Counted from the stretch's first letter, positions 9,433-19,287 are shown. The stretch: DNA of 64,000 nt from an uncultured delta proteobacterium (GCA_963716775.1 CAVQUI010000004.1:288360-352359); one strand, 5' to 3'. The notes: a model not told the origin generated them from the letters alone. Made by a program: numbers and translations.

Positions 9433-10332
9433 CTAGCCGCGGCGCAGCGACTCCAGCTCTTCGATAGAGCGCGGCCAGTCGCCTTTGAGGAGTCTCGATA
9501 GCGCCCGATCGGCAAGAAGCTTGCCGCCCGTTTGGCAAGTAGCGCAGTAGTTGGTTTCGCGACTGGCAAAGACGATTCGCTGAATTGGATCTCCACATCT
9601 CGGGCATGGTTCGCCGTACTTGCCGTGCGCTGCCATCTCCGGCCGAAAGGCGGTCACCTTCTCTGGAAAGGCTTCATCGTGCTGCTCGATCAGGCGTGCC
9701 GACCATTCCGAAAGGACCTCGCGGGTTGCCTCGTGCAAGCGCTCGACTTGCTCTTCGGTCATTCGCGTCGTCCAGATGAGCGGGGAGAGCCGGGCCCGGT
9801 GCAGAATCTCATCCGAGTATGCGTTGCCGATCCCGCTGAATATCCGCGGGTCTGTCAGAGCGCGTTTCACGGTGTGGTTTCGCTCGAGCAGGGCAGCTTT
9901 GAAACCGGGGTAGTCGACCTGAAGCGGCTCGATTCCGCCGGGGTCCTGTTCGAGGAGACCTTCCTCGCCGCGGCAAAGGTGCAAGGCAGCGCGCTTCTTC
10001 TTGCTCGCTTCGGTCAGCAGAAGCGTTCCGTCTTCGAAGTCGAACGCCGCGAGGCCCAGTCGGCCGGGGATCTTCGCCCCCGGCGGTTTCCAGCGAAACC
10101 GGCCGGCGATCATCAAGTGAATCACGATGTAGAGCTCGGCTTCGAGGCCCAGCACGATCCGTTTTCCGAGTCGTCCCAAGCTGAGCACCCGCTTGCCGAC
10201 GAGCTCGTCGACCGAGGGTTGCACGGTCCTCAGGAGAAATGGGGACGCGATCCGCACGCCGAGGAGTGACTGGCCGAGGACGCGCGGGCGCAGAGCGTGA
10301 AGGTAAAGCTCCATGTCGGGAAGCTCGGGCAT
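9433..10332 (-). CDS. Fpg/Nei-family DNA glycosylase / AP lyase
   Basis: The N-terminal MPELPD provides the catalytic Pro2/Glu3. It also has an H2TH region and a C-terminal zinc finger, CPRCGDPIQRIVFASRETNYCATCQ. Confidence 0.9.
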   Translation of the reverse strand: MPELPDMELYLHALRPRVLGQSLLGVRIASPFLLRTVQPSVDELVGKRVLSLGRLGKRIVLGLEAELYIVIHLMIAGRFRWKPPGAKIPGRLGLAAFDFEDGTLLLTEASKKKRAALHLCRGEEGLLEQDPGGIEPLQVDYPGFKAALLERNHTVKRALTDPRIFSGIGNAYSDEILHRARLSPLIWTTRMTEEQVERLHEATREVLSEWSARLIEQHDEAFPEKVTAFRPEMAAHGKYGEPCPRCGDPIQRIVFASRETNYCATCQTGGKLLADRALSRLLKGDWPRSIEELESLRRG

Positions 10333-10334
10333 CG

Positions 10335-11153
10335 CTATCGCAGTCGGGGATCGAGCCGATCTCGCAACCAGTCGCCGGTGAGATTGAAGCCCAGAACGGT
10401 GACCGCGATCGCACCGCCGGAGAAGAGGGCCACGTGTGGAAATCGGAGCAGCACGCTGGTCCCCTGGTCGAGCAGTGCGCCCCAGGACACGGCTTTTCCG
10501 GGACCTAGACCGAGAAACGAAAGCGTCGACTCCGCCAAGATCACCACCCCCAAGCCCGTCGTCGCCTGAATGACGAGCGGTCCGAGCAGGTTCGGAATCA
10601 CGTGCCGGAGCAGAACCTGCTGAGTCGGCACTCCGAGCGCGCGTGCCGCTTCGACGAATTCGCGCTCTCTCAAGCTCAGTGTTTCGGCCCGAGCCAGTCG
10701 CGCGTATAGCACCCAGCCGTTGACCGCGAGCGCGACGATCAAGTGCATCAGGCCGGGCCTAGCGACCAGCGCGAGAACAGCGATGTTCAGCACGATGGCG
10801 GGGAAGGCCTGTACCAGGTCTGCGATCCCGGTGATCGTGTGGTCGGTTAGGCGCCCGGCATAGCCTGCCCAGGTGCCGAGCAAGGTGCCGATGATCACCG
10901 ACACTCCGACGACGACGACCCCCACAATCGCAGCGAGCCGCGCGCCGTGAAGCAGAGCACTCAAGATGTCGATTCCGTTGTCCCCCGTGCCGAGCAAATG
11001 GGTCCAGGATGGCGGCTCGTACTCGTGCAAGAGGTCGATCGCGAGCGGGTCGTACGGTGCGACCCAAGGACCGATGAGACCTACGACGAAAAACGCCGCC
11101 ACGATCGCCAAACCGACCGGCGTCTTTCGAAGGCGCGAACGGAGCTTGCTCAC
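10335..11153 (-). CDS. Peptide/nickel-type ABC transporter permease (DppC/OppC-like)
   Basis: GTG at 11151-11153 overlaps the upstream TGA (GTGA). The sequence VSKLRSRLRKTPVGL...GTGDNGIDILSALLHG is typical of DppC/OppC. The longer ORF to 11816 is only an unterminated reading frame. Confidence 0.85.
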   Translation of the reverse strand: MSKLRSRLRKTPVGLAIVAAFFVVGLIGPWVAPYDPLAIDLLHEYEPPSWTHLLGTGDNGIDILSALLHGARLAAIVGVVVVGVSVIIGTLLGTWAGYAGRLTDHTITGIADLVQAFPAIVLNIAVLALVARPGLMHLIVALAVNGWVLYARLARAETLSLREREFVEAARALGVPTQQVLLRHVIPNLLGPLVIQATTGLGVVILAESTLSFLGLGPGKAVSWGALLDQGTSVLLRFPHVALFSGGAIAVTVLGFNLTGDWLRDRLDPRLR

Positions 11154-12103
11154 GAGAGCCTCACCCTGGGGTCGACCAGCCCGTAAGCCAGGTCGACGAT
11201 CAGATTCACCCCGACGTAGATTACCGCAATGATCAGCACGCAACCCTGAACCACGGGGATGTCGCGCGCGAAGAAGGCATCGAGAAAGAGCGTCCCCAGC
11301 CCGGGTCGCTCGAATATCTTCTCCGTGACGACCGTTCCCGACAGCAGCGCACCGAGCTGGGCCGCACCGATGGTCATGACCGGCAGGAGCGCGTTTCGCA
11401 GCGCATGCCTGAGCAACAAGGCGACGGAAGGGACACCCCGAGCACGGGCCGCGGTGATGTACTGCTGGGCGAGCACCTCGATCATCGCAGCGCGGGTTTG
11501 GCGCGTGAGCACGGCGGCGAGCGCGGTTCCAATCGTAATGGCCGGCAGAATCAAAGCCTCGGGGCCGGCCAGGTCGTCTCCTGGCAAAGGCAGCCAACGC
11601 AGCTTCACGCCAAAGGCGAGAATCAGCAGCGGCCCCAACCAGATGTTGGGGATCGCCAAGCCTGCGACCGCGACCGTCGAGGCGATCTTGTCCCAACCCT
11701 TGCCAGCCTGCGCCGCAGCGATTGTGCCGAGTGGAATCGCCACGAACCAGGCCACGAGCAAGGCAGCGACCGCGAGCACGATCGTGTACGGCAAGACTTC
11801 GCTCATCATCGACCAAACCGAGCGATCCGGCCGACGAAACGAGGTCCCCATACTGCCGTCGGCCATGTCGCCGAGGAACGAAACGTACTGCTCGCCCACA
11901 GGTCGATCGAGATCGAGCGCGCGGCGCAACTCGGCCTTTTCCTCAGGGCCCGCCTGGTCGCCCAGGATCGCTTCGACCGGGTCGCCCGGAATCAGGCGCA
12001 CCAGCAGGAAGACGATCGTCACCAGCCCGACGATGGTCAGCAGCGCGCGCAGAAGTCGGCCTGCGAGATACCGCAGGAGGCCCGGAGACAGCATCCGGGC
12101 CAT
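11150..12103 (-). CDS. Peptide/nickel-type ABC transporter permease (DppB/OppB-like)
   Basis: 317 aa, ATG at 12101-12103. The RYLAGRLLRALLTIVGLVTIVFLLVRLIPGDP N-terminus is typical of the DppB family. Confidence 0.85.
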   Translation of the reverse strand: MARMLSPGLLRYLAGRLLRALLTIVGLVTIVFLLVRLIPGDPVEAILGDQAGPEEKAELRRALDLDRPVGEQYVSFLGDMADGSMGTSFRRPDRSVWSMMSEVLPYTIVLAVAALLVAWFVAIPLGTIAAAQAGKGWDKIASTVAVAGLAIPNIWLGPLLILAFGVKLRWLPLPGDDLAGPEALILPAITIGTALAAVLTRQTRAAMIEVLAQQYITAARARGVPSVALLLRHALRNALLPVMTIGAAQLGALLSGTVVTEKIFERPGLGTLFLDAFFARDIPVVQGCVLIIAVIYVGVNLIVDLAYGLVDPRVRLS

Positions 12104-12149
12104 AGTACGCGCAATCCCGGTCCCCGTCGGTTTCCTGTCGGGTGGGGCG

Positions 12150-12620
12150 CTACATGCCCGCGTCGAGCTCGGATGGCGCGGCGTCTGGGTCGATACCCTC
12201 GCTCAGAGCTACGCAAATCTTGGCTTCGGCCAACTCCCTGTTGAGGTCGATGATCCTAGCGACGCGGTCCTCGGGTGGAAGGTTCGGATCCTCTTGGCCG
12301 CTCTGTGTGATTTGGGATGGGAAAACGCAGGAGTACTCGCTGCGGTCGCAGTCCCCAGTGTTGCCGCAGATCCTCATGCACCAGGTTTCCGCGGTGCGGC
12401 TCGGGATGAACCGCCATTCGACGCAGGCGCCTTCGGGGCAGGTGTCAGGGTCGCAGGAAAAGACCGTGCAGTAGCCACCGGGCTGGGTGAGGTCGCACTG
12501 ACGCTCCCCGGTGACTGAGCAATCGGTGGAATTCCCGCAGCCGTCTCCGATGTACATTTTGCAGCCGACCAGAGCCAGCAGGGCGAACAGAGCAGGGAAT
12601 AAGATAGTCGCGCGTCGCAT
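12150..12620 (-). CDS. Cysteine-rich secreted lipoprotein, function unknown
   Basis: ATG at 12618-12620. It has a signal peptide with a lipobox (LLALVGC) and 14 Cys in the mature part (GCGNSTDC...CDPDTCPEGAC...). Confidence 0.6.
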   Translation of the reverse strand: MRRATILFPALFALLALVGCKMYIGDGCGNSTDCSVTGERQCDLTQPGGYCTVFSCDPDTCPEGACVEWRFIPSRTAETWCMRICGNTGDCDRSEYSCVFPSQITQSGQEDPNLPPEDRVARIIDLNRELAEAKICVALSEGIDPDAAPSELDAGM

Positions 12621-12704
12621 TGTCAGCGGCGGAGCATACGGGACCGGCACAGCGATCGCCAATCGCTCTGCGTCCGCGCCAATGAGTGTTAGATTCCCTC
12701 CGGA

Positions 12705-14819
12705 TTGCGACGTTTTTGGCTGGGGTTGGGGTTCATATGGCTGCTCGGCGCTGCTGCGCTTGCCGAGGATGGACTCGAGCGCGTCGCGTCCCTGGTCCGT
12801 ACCGGAGACGAGCGTGGAGCGCTGAGAGAGATCTCGCTCCTACCCGAACGCCGCAGTGACGATGACGATCTGCGCTACCTCGAAGGCCGTCTGCTCTTGG
12901 GCGTCGGCCGCTCCTGTGAGGCCATGGCGACGCTTGCGCGAACCCCGTCGACCTTGCCGGAATCGCTGCGCGCCGATTCGCTGCGCCGATGGGCTACCGC
13001 TGCTGCGCAATGTGGAAACTGCGCCGAAGCGCGTCCGCTGCTCCTGAGCGCAAGCTCGGCGAGCGTCGCGGTCAGCCGGCGAAATCGCGCCATCGCTGCC
13101 GACTGCGCGGTACAGCTCGGTGAGCTGGAGACGGCCGCCGAAGAGCTCTCGAGGCTCACCCGGTCGAAGAACGGTGTCAGCAATCGAGTCGCTCTACTTG
13201 CCGTCTTGTCGGACGTGTACGTCGAGCTCGGGCGCCCTGACGAAGCGCACGAGGCGGCACTCGAGGCGTGGAAGGTCGCTGTTCATCCGGGTCAGCAAGC
13301 TGCCGCTCGCAAGCTGGAGGCGCGCGCATCGCCAGGGCTCGCCGACCGAATCGAGCGCGCCGAAGGGATGGTCGAGGCGCTTCGTTTCGACAAGGCGGTC
13401 GAAGAGCTCGAAGCGATCGAGCTCGAAGCTGACTCCTCGCTTGCAGCGCGCTGGCACCACGTCTACGGGATGGCGCTCTTTCGTACCCGCAACCGCTACT
13501 TGGATGCGGCTCGCGTTCTCCACCGCTCGTCATTGCTCGGGGGACCCAACGAGATCGAAGACGCGTTCCATTCAGCCCGAGCCCTGTCGCGAGCCGATCA
13601 GGACGCCCGAGCAATCCGCGCGTATCGGCGTTTCGCTCAGCGCTATCCCCGCAACAAGCTCGCGGCCGAGGCTCGCTTCCTTGCGGCCTGGCTCGAGATT
13701 CGGCTCGGCCGCTCCAATGGTGAGAAGCAGATGGAGCGGCTGGTGCGCGGGAAGTCGCCGCTGCGCGGCCGGTGGCGTCGCTCCGCGCTTTGGGAGTTGG
13801 GATTTCGCGCCTTCGAAACGCGTCGATACGCTCGGGCAGCGAGGTTTCTCGGTGAGTACACCCCGCTCACGACGAGTGCGATGGACAAGGCGCGAGGCTT
13901 CTATTGGCTCGGTCGCGCCTACCGCCGTGGCCCCAAAGCCGTCGAAGCCTATCGCGAGGCGATCGGGGTCGAGCCCTTGCACTGGTATGCGGTCTTGGCC
14001 GCCCAGCGACTGAGGAAGCTCGCGGTCGAACCCCCCGGGCCTTTCGAAGATGCCATCTCGCCGAGCTCGGTCGAGGTTCCCGAAGATGCGCTTCCGCTGC
14101 CCGAAACCTTCGAAGTCTATCGCAGCCTCGGCCTCGACCTCGATGGTATCGTCTGGCTGAACGCGCACGAGAACGAGCTCCTGGCAGAGCAGCCCAAGCC
14201 GCAACGCATCCCGCTCCTGGCCGGGCTCTACCGCGACGCGGGTGCCTATCGAGAAGCACTTCTCGTTGCGCAACGACGCATGGTCTACCTCAGGAGCGAT
14301 CCTGCCCAGCATCGCTGGTGGTGGGACGCCGCGTATCCAATGCCCTGGCGTTCGATCGTCGACGAGCACCGCGGAGAGCTGCCACGCGCGCTGATCTACG
14401 CGACCATGCGTCAGGAGAGTGGGTTTCGTCCCGAGGTCGTCAGTCGAGCCGGCGCGGTCGGTCTCATGCAGCTGATGCCGGAGCTTGCAAGCAAGCTGAC
14501 CGGCAAGGCGGTCACCCGTCCGATGCTCCGCGTCCCCAGAACCAACATCGCGCTCGGGCTCCAAGAGATGGCCGCGCTCGCTGCGGACTTCAACGATGTG
14601 TATCCGCTCAGCATCGCGGCCTACAACGCAGGCCAGAGTCGAGTGAGGCGCTGGCTCAAAGAAAGCCGAAAGATGGAGCTCGACCGCTTCGTCGAGCGCA
14701 TTCCTTTCAACGAGACACGCAACTACGTGCGGCGCGTCAGCAGTCACTACGCCCGCTACTCGTACCTGGACGATCCGGAATCGGGCTGGCCCGAGCTGCC
14801 TGCCTTCGTTAACCCCTGA
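12705..14819 (+). CDS. slt: Soluble lytic murein transglycosylase (Slt70-like superhelical repeats plus SLT domain)
   Basis: 704 aa with a signal peptide and long TPR-like helical repeats. The C-terminal SLT domain carries ATMRQESGF...GLMQLMP...AAYNAG. The start is TTG at 12705, with no in-frame ATG nearby, so the start is uncertain. Confidence 0.85.
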   Translation: MRRFWLGLGFIWLLGAAALAEDGLERVASLVRTGDERGALREISLLPERRSDDDDLRYLEGRLLLGVGRSCEAMATLARTPSTLPESLRADSLRRWATAAAQCGNCAEARPLLLSASSASVAVSRRNRAIAADCAVQLGELETAAEELSRLTRSKNGVSNRVALLAVLSDVYVELGRPDEAHEAALEAWKVAVHPGQQAAARKLEARASPGLADRIERAEGMVEALRFDKAVEELEAIELEADSSLAARWHHVYGMALFRTRNRYLDAARVLHRSSLLGGPNEIEDAFHSARALSRADQDARAIRAYRRFAQRYPRNKLAAEARFLAAWLEIRLGRSNGEKQMERLVRGKSPLRGRWRRSALWELGFRAFETRRYARAARFLGEYTPLTTSAMDKARGFYWLGRAYRRGPKAVEAYREAIGVEPLHWYAVLAAQRLRKLAVEPPGPFEDAISPSSVEVPEDALPLPETFEVYRSLGLDLDGIVWLNAHENELLAEQPKPQRIPLLAGLYRDAGAYREALLVAQRRMVYLRSDPAQHRWWWDAAYPMPWRSIVDEHRGELPRALIYATMRQESGFRPEVVSRAGAVGLMQLMPELASKLTGKAVTRPMLRVPRTNIALGLQEMAALAADFNDVYPLSIAAYNAGQSRVRRWLKESRKMELDRFVERIPFNETRNYVRRVSSHYARYSYLDDPESGWPELPAFVNP

Positions 14820-14929
14820 TTTGCCCCTGCTGCCTATTTCGATAGACTGTTTTCAACGATTTGGGTTGCCGGTGAGTGGGTCGAAGGCCAAGAGATGGTT
14901 AGATCTGCTGGCCGGGCGTGAGAACACGG

Positions 14930-15703
14930 ATGAACTTCACTGCTGCAGGGCTCTCTGACGTCGGACTTCAGCGAGAGCACAACGAAGATAGCTACTGCAT
15001 CTTGTCGGAGCATCGCTTGTTCGTGGTTGCCGATGGCATGGGAGGCCACCGCGCTGGCGACGTCGCGAGCCGCATGGCGACTTCGGAGATGACCGCCTTC
15101 TTCGATGCGACCGATGCGAATGGCCAGGGCGTCGATTGGCCGACGAAGGACGAGTCGCGAATGACGCCCGACCAAAGGCGTCTCGTGGCGTCAGTGAAGC
15201 TCGCGAACCAGCGAATCTTCCAAGCGTCGATTCGCAACCGCTCGGTTCAGGGCATGGGCACCACGGTCGTCGGTGTCTTGTACAACCGCGACGAACGCAA
15301 AATCAACGTTGCGCACGTCGGTGACAGCAGGGCCTATCGGGTTCGCGCTGGCAAGATCACACAGCTCACGCGGGACCATTCCCTCTTGAACGACTACTTG
15401 CTCGTCATGCCAAACCTGTCGGACGCGCAAAAAGAGCGCCTCCCCAGCAACGTGATCACGCGAGCTCTGGGTATGCAGCAGGCGGTTGCCGTAGACGTGT
15501 CCGTCGACGAGGTCGAGCCGGGTGATCTCTATCTTCTCTGCTCGGATGGCCTCAATGGGATGGTAAGCGACGAACGCATTCGTGACATCCTGCACGAAGC
15601 CGGCCCGGACGTTGAAGCAGCAGCGAAGACCTTAGTTTCTCAAGCCAATCAGAACGGAGGCGAGGACAACACCACAGTCGTCGTCGTCCGCATCACCGAC
15701 TAG
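14930..15703 (+). CDS. PP2C-family Ser/Thr protein phosphatase
   Basis: MNFTAAGLSDVGLQREHNEDS...VADGMGGH...CSDGL...GGEDNTT. The ATG at 14930 is preferred over the GTG at 14918. Confidence 0.9.
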   Translation: MNFTAAGLSDVGLQREHNEDSYCILSEHRLFVVADGMGGHRAGDVASRMATSEMTAFFDATDANGQGVDWPTKDESRMTPDQRRLVASVKLANQRIFQASIRNRSVQGMGTTVVGVLYNRDERKINVAHVGDSRAYRVRAGKITQLTRDHSLLNDYLLVMPNLSDAQKERLPSNVITRALGMQQAVAVDVSVDEVEPGDLYLLCSDGLNGMVSDERIRDILHEAGPDVEAAAKTLVSQANQNGGEDNTTVVVVRITD

Positions 15704-15705
15704 TC

Positions 15706-16200
15706 ATGCCGAAGAATCTCGCGATCCGACAGCTTCTCGACTGCTCGGAACAAGACTTTTGGGACCGAATCTTCGGCAGCGAAGAATTCAATCACTACCT
15801 GTACGAGGGCCTCGGCTTCGAATACGAGCTTCAAGAATGGAACCCGGAGACCGGCTACCGGCGAGCCAGAGTCTGGCCGGCGCAGCAGATGCCGCGAGCG
15901 GTCGCAAGAGTTCTCGGAGATCGCTTCAGCTACATCGAAGAGGGCAACTTCGACTCGCTGACCGGGCGCTACGAGTTCGTCGTCATTCCTTCGACGATCG
16001 CCGATCGAATTCGGGTGACGGGGACCGTGAGCATCGAAGCGATTTCACCGCAGCAGTGCGAACGCCGCGTGTCGCTCGAAATCGGCGCCGACCTCTTGGG
16101 CTTGGGCCGGCTCATCGAAACGTATTTCGCCGCGACGACTCGGGCGCAGTACGCAAAGAATGCCGCCCTCGTGAACGACTACCTGGCAAGCGCTCGCTAA
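15706..16200 (+). CDS. Hypothetical protein, SRPBCC/DUF2505-like
   Basis: 164 aa, starting 2 nt after the PP2C stop. The family assignment is tentative and rests only on size and overall pattern. Confidence 0.45.
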   Translation: MPKNLAIRQLLDCSEQDFWDRIFGSEEFNHYLYEGLGFEYELQEWNPETGYRRARVWPAQQMPRAVARVLGDRFSYIEEGNFDSLTGRYEFVVIPSTIADRIRVTGTVSIEAISPQQCERRVSLEIGADLLGLGRLIETYFAATTRAQYAKNAALVNDYLASAR

Positions 16201-17906
16201 CGGCCAGCAGGGCGCCCGCCCTTACGGGGGTCGCTCGCCGCTTGCAGCAGCCGCGCTGGAGCTCGTTCGATGTGGATCACTTGTACGTTGGCCACGTTGT
16301 GAATCGGCTCGAGCTCATGACCCAGGGTGACGAGCGCGTCCTGTAGTGCCGGGTCCAAGGGCGCAATCTGCTCCACGCGAAGCGTTTCGGGCACGCCCTG
16401 GTGGTGGATGCGAGGCGCCGACACGGCCTCTGCAGCGCTCATGCCATGCAGCAAGATGTTCATCGCCACCTGCTGGGTGGCGGTCACGATCCGGCTTCCG
16501 CCTGACGCGCCCACACAGAGCGCTGGTTCGTCATTTGTGAGCACTATTGTAGGCGACATGGTCGATACCGGTCGCTTCCACGGCCCAGGCAGGTTCCGGG
16601 CGCCTCCAACGAGACCGAACGCGTTGGCCTTGCCGATGCCACTGGCAAAGTCGTCCATCTCGTCGTTCATGACGATACCACCGCCCGTGAAGCGGGCTCC
16701 GAAGGGGAGGTTCACCGTCGTGGTGACCGATGCCACGTTTCCTTCGACGTCCACGACGCAAAGGTGCGAGGTGCCGGCGTTGTCCGGCGCGGCGACCTCC
16801 GCCCGGGTCCACTCGATCGGAAGATCGTAGTCGGCGCTCGGATGGGCCTTGCCATCCGCGGCGAGCTTTGCGCGCGCGCTGATTCGACGTTCGCTCATCA
16901 TTTCGTCGAGCGGCAAGATCACCTGATCGGGGTCGCCGAAGTAGCGCTGCCGATCGAGGAAAGGCCCCTTCCAGGACTCGGCCATCGCATGCAGTAGCGG
17001 CGCGCCAGAGCCGGGCTTTGGGCCGACCGCCTGCTCGAGAATCGCGAGGCTCTGAATCATCGTGAATCCGCCGGCGCTCGGAGGAGGCGCCGTCACCCAG
17101 CGGTGTCCAAAGGCATTCGTTTCAAGCGGCTCCCGGGTCCTGACGCGGTAGGCGTACAGATCCTGCAAGGTCATGATGCCGCCCCGTTTCTGAACCGAAG
17201 CGGCGATCTCCTGGCCGATGACGCCCCCGTAGATGACTGCGGCGCCCTTCTCGGCGAACGCTCGCAGGACACGCGCCAGTCCAGGACGGACCAAGATGTT
17301 ACCGGGCCGGAGATCCCAGCTCGCCATGATCGGATCCTTGCGTAGCTGGACGTCGAAGGCGCCTCCCATGGCGCCCAGCGCCTTGCTCACCTCGAAGCCC
17401 TGCTCGGCGAGGCGGAGCGCTGGTCCGATGACCTCGCGTAAGGAGAGCTTTCCGAAGCGCTGAACAAGGGCCTCGATTCCGGCCGGCTCTCCAGGAACGC
17501 CTGCTGCGAGACCGCCTAGCTGTGAGGGAGAGCTCGCGGGGCCGTCAGCTCGCTCACCCTCGAGCTCGAACATCGTTCGGCTCGCAGCGCGAGGGGCCCG
17601 CTCGCGGAAGTCGAGAAAGGTCAGCGAATGGTCTTTTGCGCGGTAGTAGAGAGCGAAGCCGCCACCGCCCAGGCCGCTGCTAGCAGGGTTGACCACGCCA
17701 AGGGCGAGCATGGTGGCGGCGGCTGCATCCGCGGCGTTTCCACCCGCCGCGAGAATTTCGGCCCCCGCCTTCGATGCTTCCGCGTGGTCGGCCGCGACCG
17801 CTTCGCGCGTGAAGACGGCGGCATGCTCGGTCGGGACGCCGATGCTCAGGCCGGTGATCAGCAGCGCCGAAACGCAGCAAAGCACGATTGAAAGCGAGCG
17901 CTTCAT
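16197..17906 (-). CDS. ggt: Gamma-glutamyltransferase
   Basis: 569 aa with a signal peptide, GGGGFALYY, the autoprocessing/nucleophile site GTSHLCVVD and a GASGGSRI motif. Confidence 0.92.
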   Translation of the reverse strand: MKRSLSIVLCCVSALLITGLSIGVPTEHAAVFTREAVAADHAEASKAGAEILAAGGNAADAAAATMLALGVVNPASSGLGGGGFALYYRAKDHSLTFLDFRERAPRAASRTMFELEGERADGPASSPSQLGGLAAGVPGEPAGIEALVQRFGKLSLREVIGPALRLAEQGFEVSKALGAMGGAFDVQLRKDPIMASWDLRPGNILVRPGLARVLRAFAEKGAAVIYGGVIGQEIAASVQKRGGIMTLQDLYAYRVRTREPLETNAFGHRWVTAPPPSAGGFTMIQSLAILEQAVGPKPGSGAPLLHAMAESWKGPFLDRQRYFGDPDQVILPLDEMMSERRISARAKLAADGKAHPSADYDLPIEWTRAEVAAPDNAGTSHLCVVDVEGNVASVTTTVNLPFGARFTGGGIVMNDEMDDFASGIGKANAFGLVGGARNLPGPWKRPVSTMSPTIVLTNDEPALCVGASGGSRIVTATQQVAMNILLHGMSAAEAVSAPRIHHQGVPETLRVEQIAPLDPALQDALVTLGHELEPIHNVANVQVIHIERAPARLLQAASDPRKGGRPAGR

Positions 17907-17954
17907 CGGTCCCAGCTTGCCTCCAAACCGGCTCGGATGCTACCGGAGGGTCTC

Positions 17955-18908
17955 ATGCATTTCGTGTTTGCCATGGACCCGGTCTCGACGGTCATCGTCG
18001 ATGAAGACACCAGCTTCGCCTTGATGTTGGAGGCGCAGGGCCGAGGCCATCGCGTCGATCACTGCTTGGCGAGCGATATAGGGCTGCGCGGCCGCAGAGT
18101 CGTGGCGCGTGTTCGCCAGGCGACGATGCAGCTCGATCCAAACGAACCGATCCGCCTCGGTGCGGCCGAAGACATCGACCTGCTGGATGTCGACGCCGTC
18201 TTCATTCGTAAGGACCCGCCGTTCACCGATGCGTATCTCTGGCTGACGCTGGTTCTGGACCATCTCGAGGGGCACACCTTGGTGGTCAACAATCCGCGAG
18301 GCCTGCGTGAGGCGAACGAGAAGCTCTACGCTCACCACTTCCCGGATATCGTCCCGCCGACGATCATGACGAGTCACAAGGACGAGGTCCTTCGATTCCT
18401 TAGCGACGTCGGCGGCAAGGCCGTGATCAAGCCGATCGACGGTCACGGCGGCGAAGGCGTTTTTCTACTCAGCCAGGGGGATAGCAACCTCAATGGCCTG
18501 ATCGAATCGGTGACCCATTTAGGGTCGAGGAATGCGATCGTGCAGGCCCTGATTCCCGAAGTGTACGAAGAAGGGGACAAGCGAATTCTGCTCGTCGACG
18601 GCGAGCTTCTCGGGGTCGTCGGAAGAGTCCCGAGCAAAGGGGACCTCCGGAGCAACGTGCACGTCGGCGGCTCCGCGGCGCCCGCTGAGGTCAGCGATGC
18701 GGATCTGAAAATCATCGAAACGATCGCCCCGCACTTGCGCGCCGATGGGCTGTTTTTCGTTGGCCTCGACGTGATCGGCGGCAAGCTCATCGAGGTGAAC
18801 GTCACAAGCCCGACGCTGATTCAGCAGATGTCACGGCTCGTCGGCGAGAACCTTTCTGCGATCGTGATCGATCGGCTCGAAGAGAAGGTCCGCTCGTTCC
18901 CGAGCTGA
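17955..18908 (+). CDS. gshB: Glutathione synthetase (ATP-grasp)
   Basis: MHFVFAMDPVSTVIVDEDTSFALMLEAQGRGH matches the prokaryotic GshB N-terminus. The ATG at 17955 has GGAGG 5 nt upstream. An alternative ATG lies at 17937. Confidence 0.9.
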   Translation: MHFVFAMDPVSTVIVDEDTSFALMLEAQGRGHRVDHCLASDIGLRGRRVVARVRQATMQLDPNEPIRLGAAEDIDLLDVDAVFIRKDPPFTDAYLWLTLVLDHLEGHTLVVNNPRGLREANEKLYAHHFPDIVPPTIMTSHKDEVLRFLSDVGGKAVIKPIDGHGGEGVFLLSQGDSNLNGLIESVTHLGSRNAIVQALIPEVYEEGDKRILLVDGELLGVVGRVPSKGDLRSNVHVGGSAAPAEVSDADLKIIETIAPHLRADGLFFVGLDVIGGKLIEVNVTSPTLIQQMSRLVGENLSAIVIDRLEEKVRSFPS

Positions 18909-18917
18909 GGTTCGGGC

Positions 18918-19271
18918 TCAGTTAGAGGCGATCCGAACCGCCGCGGAGGCTCCAGCGCCAGCGACCGCTCCGACGGCCACCGCCACGATGAGCGAGACTG
19001 CTGGGCTCATCAGATCCAGGCCGTCGACGATGAGCCCTGTCATGCCGAAGAACGAAACGAAGAAGGTCCAGAACCTTCGCGAGCGCACGGTCCGCGCGAA
19101 GTAGTCACCACCTGCCACGCCGTCGAGCTGACCGAACTGACTTGCACGCGTCGTGTCGTCGTGCGCGCGGGTTTGATCGTCGGCATCAACCGTCTTTTCG
19201 CCGAGGAAGAGCGCCGCGCCCAGGAGGACGGCGCCGAGCACCAGCGAGAGGATGTAGAGATTGATCAGCAT
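18918..19271 (-). CDS. Small membrane protein (117 aa, 3 predicted TM helices)
   Basis: ATG at 19269-19271 (MLINLYILSLVLGAVLLGAALF...), 16 nt downstream of the pmk stop on the same strand. Confidence 0.5.
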   Translation of the reverse strand: MLINLYILSLVLGAVLLGAALFLGEKTVDADDQTRAHDDTTRASQFGQLDGVAGGDYFARTVRSRRFWTFFVSFFGMTGLIVDGLDLMSPAVSLIVAVAVGAVAGAGASAAVRIASN

Positions 19272-19287
19272 TCGAAGGCTCCTCCCG

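Noticed and set aside
10335-11816. Long 5' extensions of several ORFs in the track (dppC to 11816, trkH to 31532, pmk to 20679, mvaD to 21359, regA to 50404, serS from 43105, ABC ATPase from 40115, APC permease to 59774, fni from 22946, small membrane protein to 19595)
   Set aside because: The extensions overlap the upstream gene, are Arg/Pro-rich, and come before a start codon that gives the family-typical N-terminus, often in an ATGA, GTGA or TGATG overlap with the upstream stop. I used the shorter coordinates.
11259-12518. 419-aa and 279-aa plus-strand ORFs
   Set aside because: They are antisense to the DppB-like permease and the Cys-rich lipoprotein, are Ser/Arg/Pro-rich, and match no family.
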